Shown here in pieces: positions 45,274 to 46,357 of a DNA stretch of 46,357 bases. The stretch is from a virus (taxonomy: Duplodnaviria; Caudoviricetes): the IMG/VR virus record IMGVR_UViG_3300033067_001263, positions 1-46,357 of that record. One strand, given 5' to 3'. Numbering within the stretch: position 1 is the stretch's first letter; each line of letters opens with the position of its first letter. Both the position numbers and the translations under genes were made by a program. The notes below the pieces were generated by a model. That model had not been told where the DNA came from. It was given only the letters and a program-made list of their open reading frames with translations, and did no database searches.

Positions 45274-45400
45274 TTACTCAAGCCAATAGGCTCGGTGCTG
45301 ATTGTGCTAGAATTCACTCCCTCTTCGCTATCTAACTACTTCACTAGCATTTCGTTAGCATTTGCGGGATACAACCAGCACCCAGACTATTCTTTACTCA
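45274..45400. other. Structured intergenic element: 21-bp imperfect inverted repeat flanked by TTACTCA direct repeats
   Basis: 45285-45305 pairs with 45371-45391; TTACTCA at 45274-45280 and 45394-45400. Confidence 0.6.
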
Positions 45401-45838
45401 CTTGTCATGATGGCTCCTTTTAAAAATGACTATCATTGAGTCGTGCATACCGCACCTGTTGGTAACAAATTCCCCCTTGGTATTTTTGCCCTGGAACTTT
45501 ACTCGACCTTTTAGAAACCTAATCTCGTATTTATTCGGCAAAATAACTTCATGAAAAATTTTAGTACTGGTAGAAACAGGTAATAACATTACACATAATT
45601 TGCCTTTTAGACTTTCCTCTAATGCCTTTCTAATAAACTGTTCTTTTAATTTTCTAGAATATGGTGGATTGATAAAATTCCTCTCACCCCATTCTATTGC
45701 TAATCCATCAAAAGGTATCTCTCCGTCTATAGAGTATGGACATGGGTCAAAATCAAATTTAAATTCTTTATCTAAAATACTATAAAGCTCATTTGGCGTT
45801 TTCCAATTATCGGAATGTTTTAGACTTCTATTTTTCAA
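45398..45838 (-). CDS. Phage N6-adenine DNA methyltransferase (small Dam-like family)
   Basis: D.W.TP, F.FDPC, DGL..EW, FINPPYS, VMLLP..T.T..F, IRFLKGRVKF. Confidence 0.9.
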   Translation of the reverse strand: MKNRSLKHSDNWKTPNELYSILDKEFKFDFDPCPYSIDGEIPFDGLAIEWGERNFINPPYSRKLKEQFIRKALEESLKGKLCVMLLPVSTSTKIFHEVILPNKYEIRFLKGRVKFQGKNTKGEFVTNRCGMHDSMIVIFKRSHHDK

Positions 45839-46292
45839 TCAATCCCTCCTTCCACAAAAGATGCGCCAATTTTGCGGCTGCATTTTGGTCTGCTTCTAAG
45901 AAAGTTTTAACCCAAAGATGAATAAGATTGGCTGACAGATTAATCAAATAAAGCTCATCCTTAATAAAAGCATTTTCATTGTGGAGTTTAATTAGATCAC
46001 ACTCTATAGAAGTTCTATTGTGGGACTGTGAAAATAACCACTCTGCGCTCTTACTCAAAACAGCCAGGGTTTTGTCCAATCGATACGAAAGTACAGTATC
46101 TTCTTCGCATATAGACCAAAATTTATTAGGCGCTTCTACAAATGTATATTCTTTCTCTTCTGGGAAATCTATACTCCATGTAATTGTTTGCTTACACCAA
46201 GCACCATCCGCCTCAACCCCAGCCATAATGCCCGTCTCGGCTAGCATCTTCGATGCGTCTAGTGAGGTGCAGAGTTCTTTATTGGTTGTCAT
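45828..46292 (-). CDS. Hypothetical early protein, allele B of the hypervariable gene
   Basis: Same N-terminal, central and C-terminal blocks as 49..489, but different intervening segments. Confidence 0.8.
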   Translation of the reverse strand: MTTNKELCTSLDASKMLAETGIMAGVEADGAWCKQTITWSIDFPEEKEYTFVEAPNKFWSICEEDTVLSYRLDKTLAVLSKSAEWLFSQSHNRTSIECDLIKLHNENAFIKDELYLINLSANLIHLWVKTFLEADQNAAAKLAHLLWKEGLIEK

Positions 46293-46357
46293 GAACACAT
46301 CTCCCTTGTATGTTCCCAATCCTCTGTTATAGTTCTATAGCCAATAAAACTCATATT

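Larger units (their letters stand above)
1..46357. mobile_element. Complete circularised podovirus-like phage genome (unit length 45,779 bp; last 578 nt re-traverse the junction through an alternative allele)
   Basis: TerL, portal, capsid, nozzle, ejection, fibre, lysis and replication modules are all present. 1-77 is identical to 45780-45856, and 478-554 is identical to 46281-46357. No host housekeeping genes. Confidence 0.93.

Noticed and set aside
45285-45391. tRNA, hammerhead/twister ribozyme or c-di-GMP-I riboswitch
   Set aside because: No cloverleaf or T-loop, no CUGANGA core, and the GCAAA/GAAA elements lack the required paired context; kept only as an unknown structure.
49-46319. Diversity-generating retroelement (TR/VR pair) explaining the two gene copies
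   Set aside because: Differences include indels and all base types rather than adenine-specific changes, no reverse transcriptase is present, and exact 77-nt boundaries indicate an assembly bubble.
45780-46357. Physical direct terminal repeats of a T7-like genome
   Set aside because: True DTRs are regenerated each cycle and are identical; these differ over ~400 nt.
1-46357. Alternative genetic code, integrase/lysogeny module, introns or inteins
   Set aside because: Long genes are intact in code 11 and use all three stops; no recombinase/repressor motifs; TerL, primase and helicase are uninterrupted.

Overview
The window is a complete, circularised ~45.8-kb dsDNA tailed-phage genome with a podovirus-like gene set: TerL, portal, scaffold, major capsid, adaptor, nozzle, three ejection proteins and fibres, with no tape measure or sheath. 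A + strand morphogenesis arm runs ~6.0-34.4 kb. The - strand carries an early/replication arm (4.9 kb to 1, continuing across the junction from 45.8 kb to 36.1 kb) and a lysis cassette. Replication and recombination genes are a P4-alpha-type primase-helicase, an SF2 helicase, a RecE/Bet-like pair and a RuvC-like resolvase. I saw no DNA or RNA polymerase, integrase, repressor, tRNA or CRISPR array. The two contig ends are two alleles of one hypervariable gene, bounded by exact 77-nt overlaps, which indicates an assembly bubble. The most unusual feature is that four genes of the tail-fibre block, including an 822-aa protein built from classic tail-fibre motifs, begin with cleavable Sec signal peptides. 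That fibre also has clustered Cys and ~29 N-x-S/T sequons (hand count), suggesting receptor-binding parts are matured outside the cytoplasm. Other notable items are a Tad1-family anti-defence sponge, an ART-like early gene, six -10-box/6-nt/ATG leaderless-type starts, an iteron-like origin region, a GGY-repeat protein in the neck module and several structured intergenic elements. All calls come from reading motifs and synteny by eye; no database searches were run.
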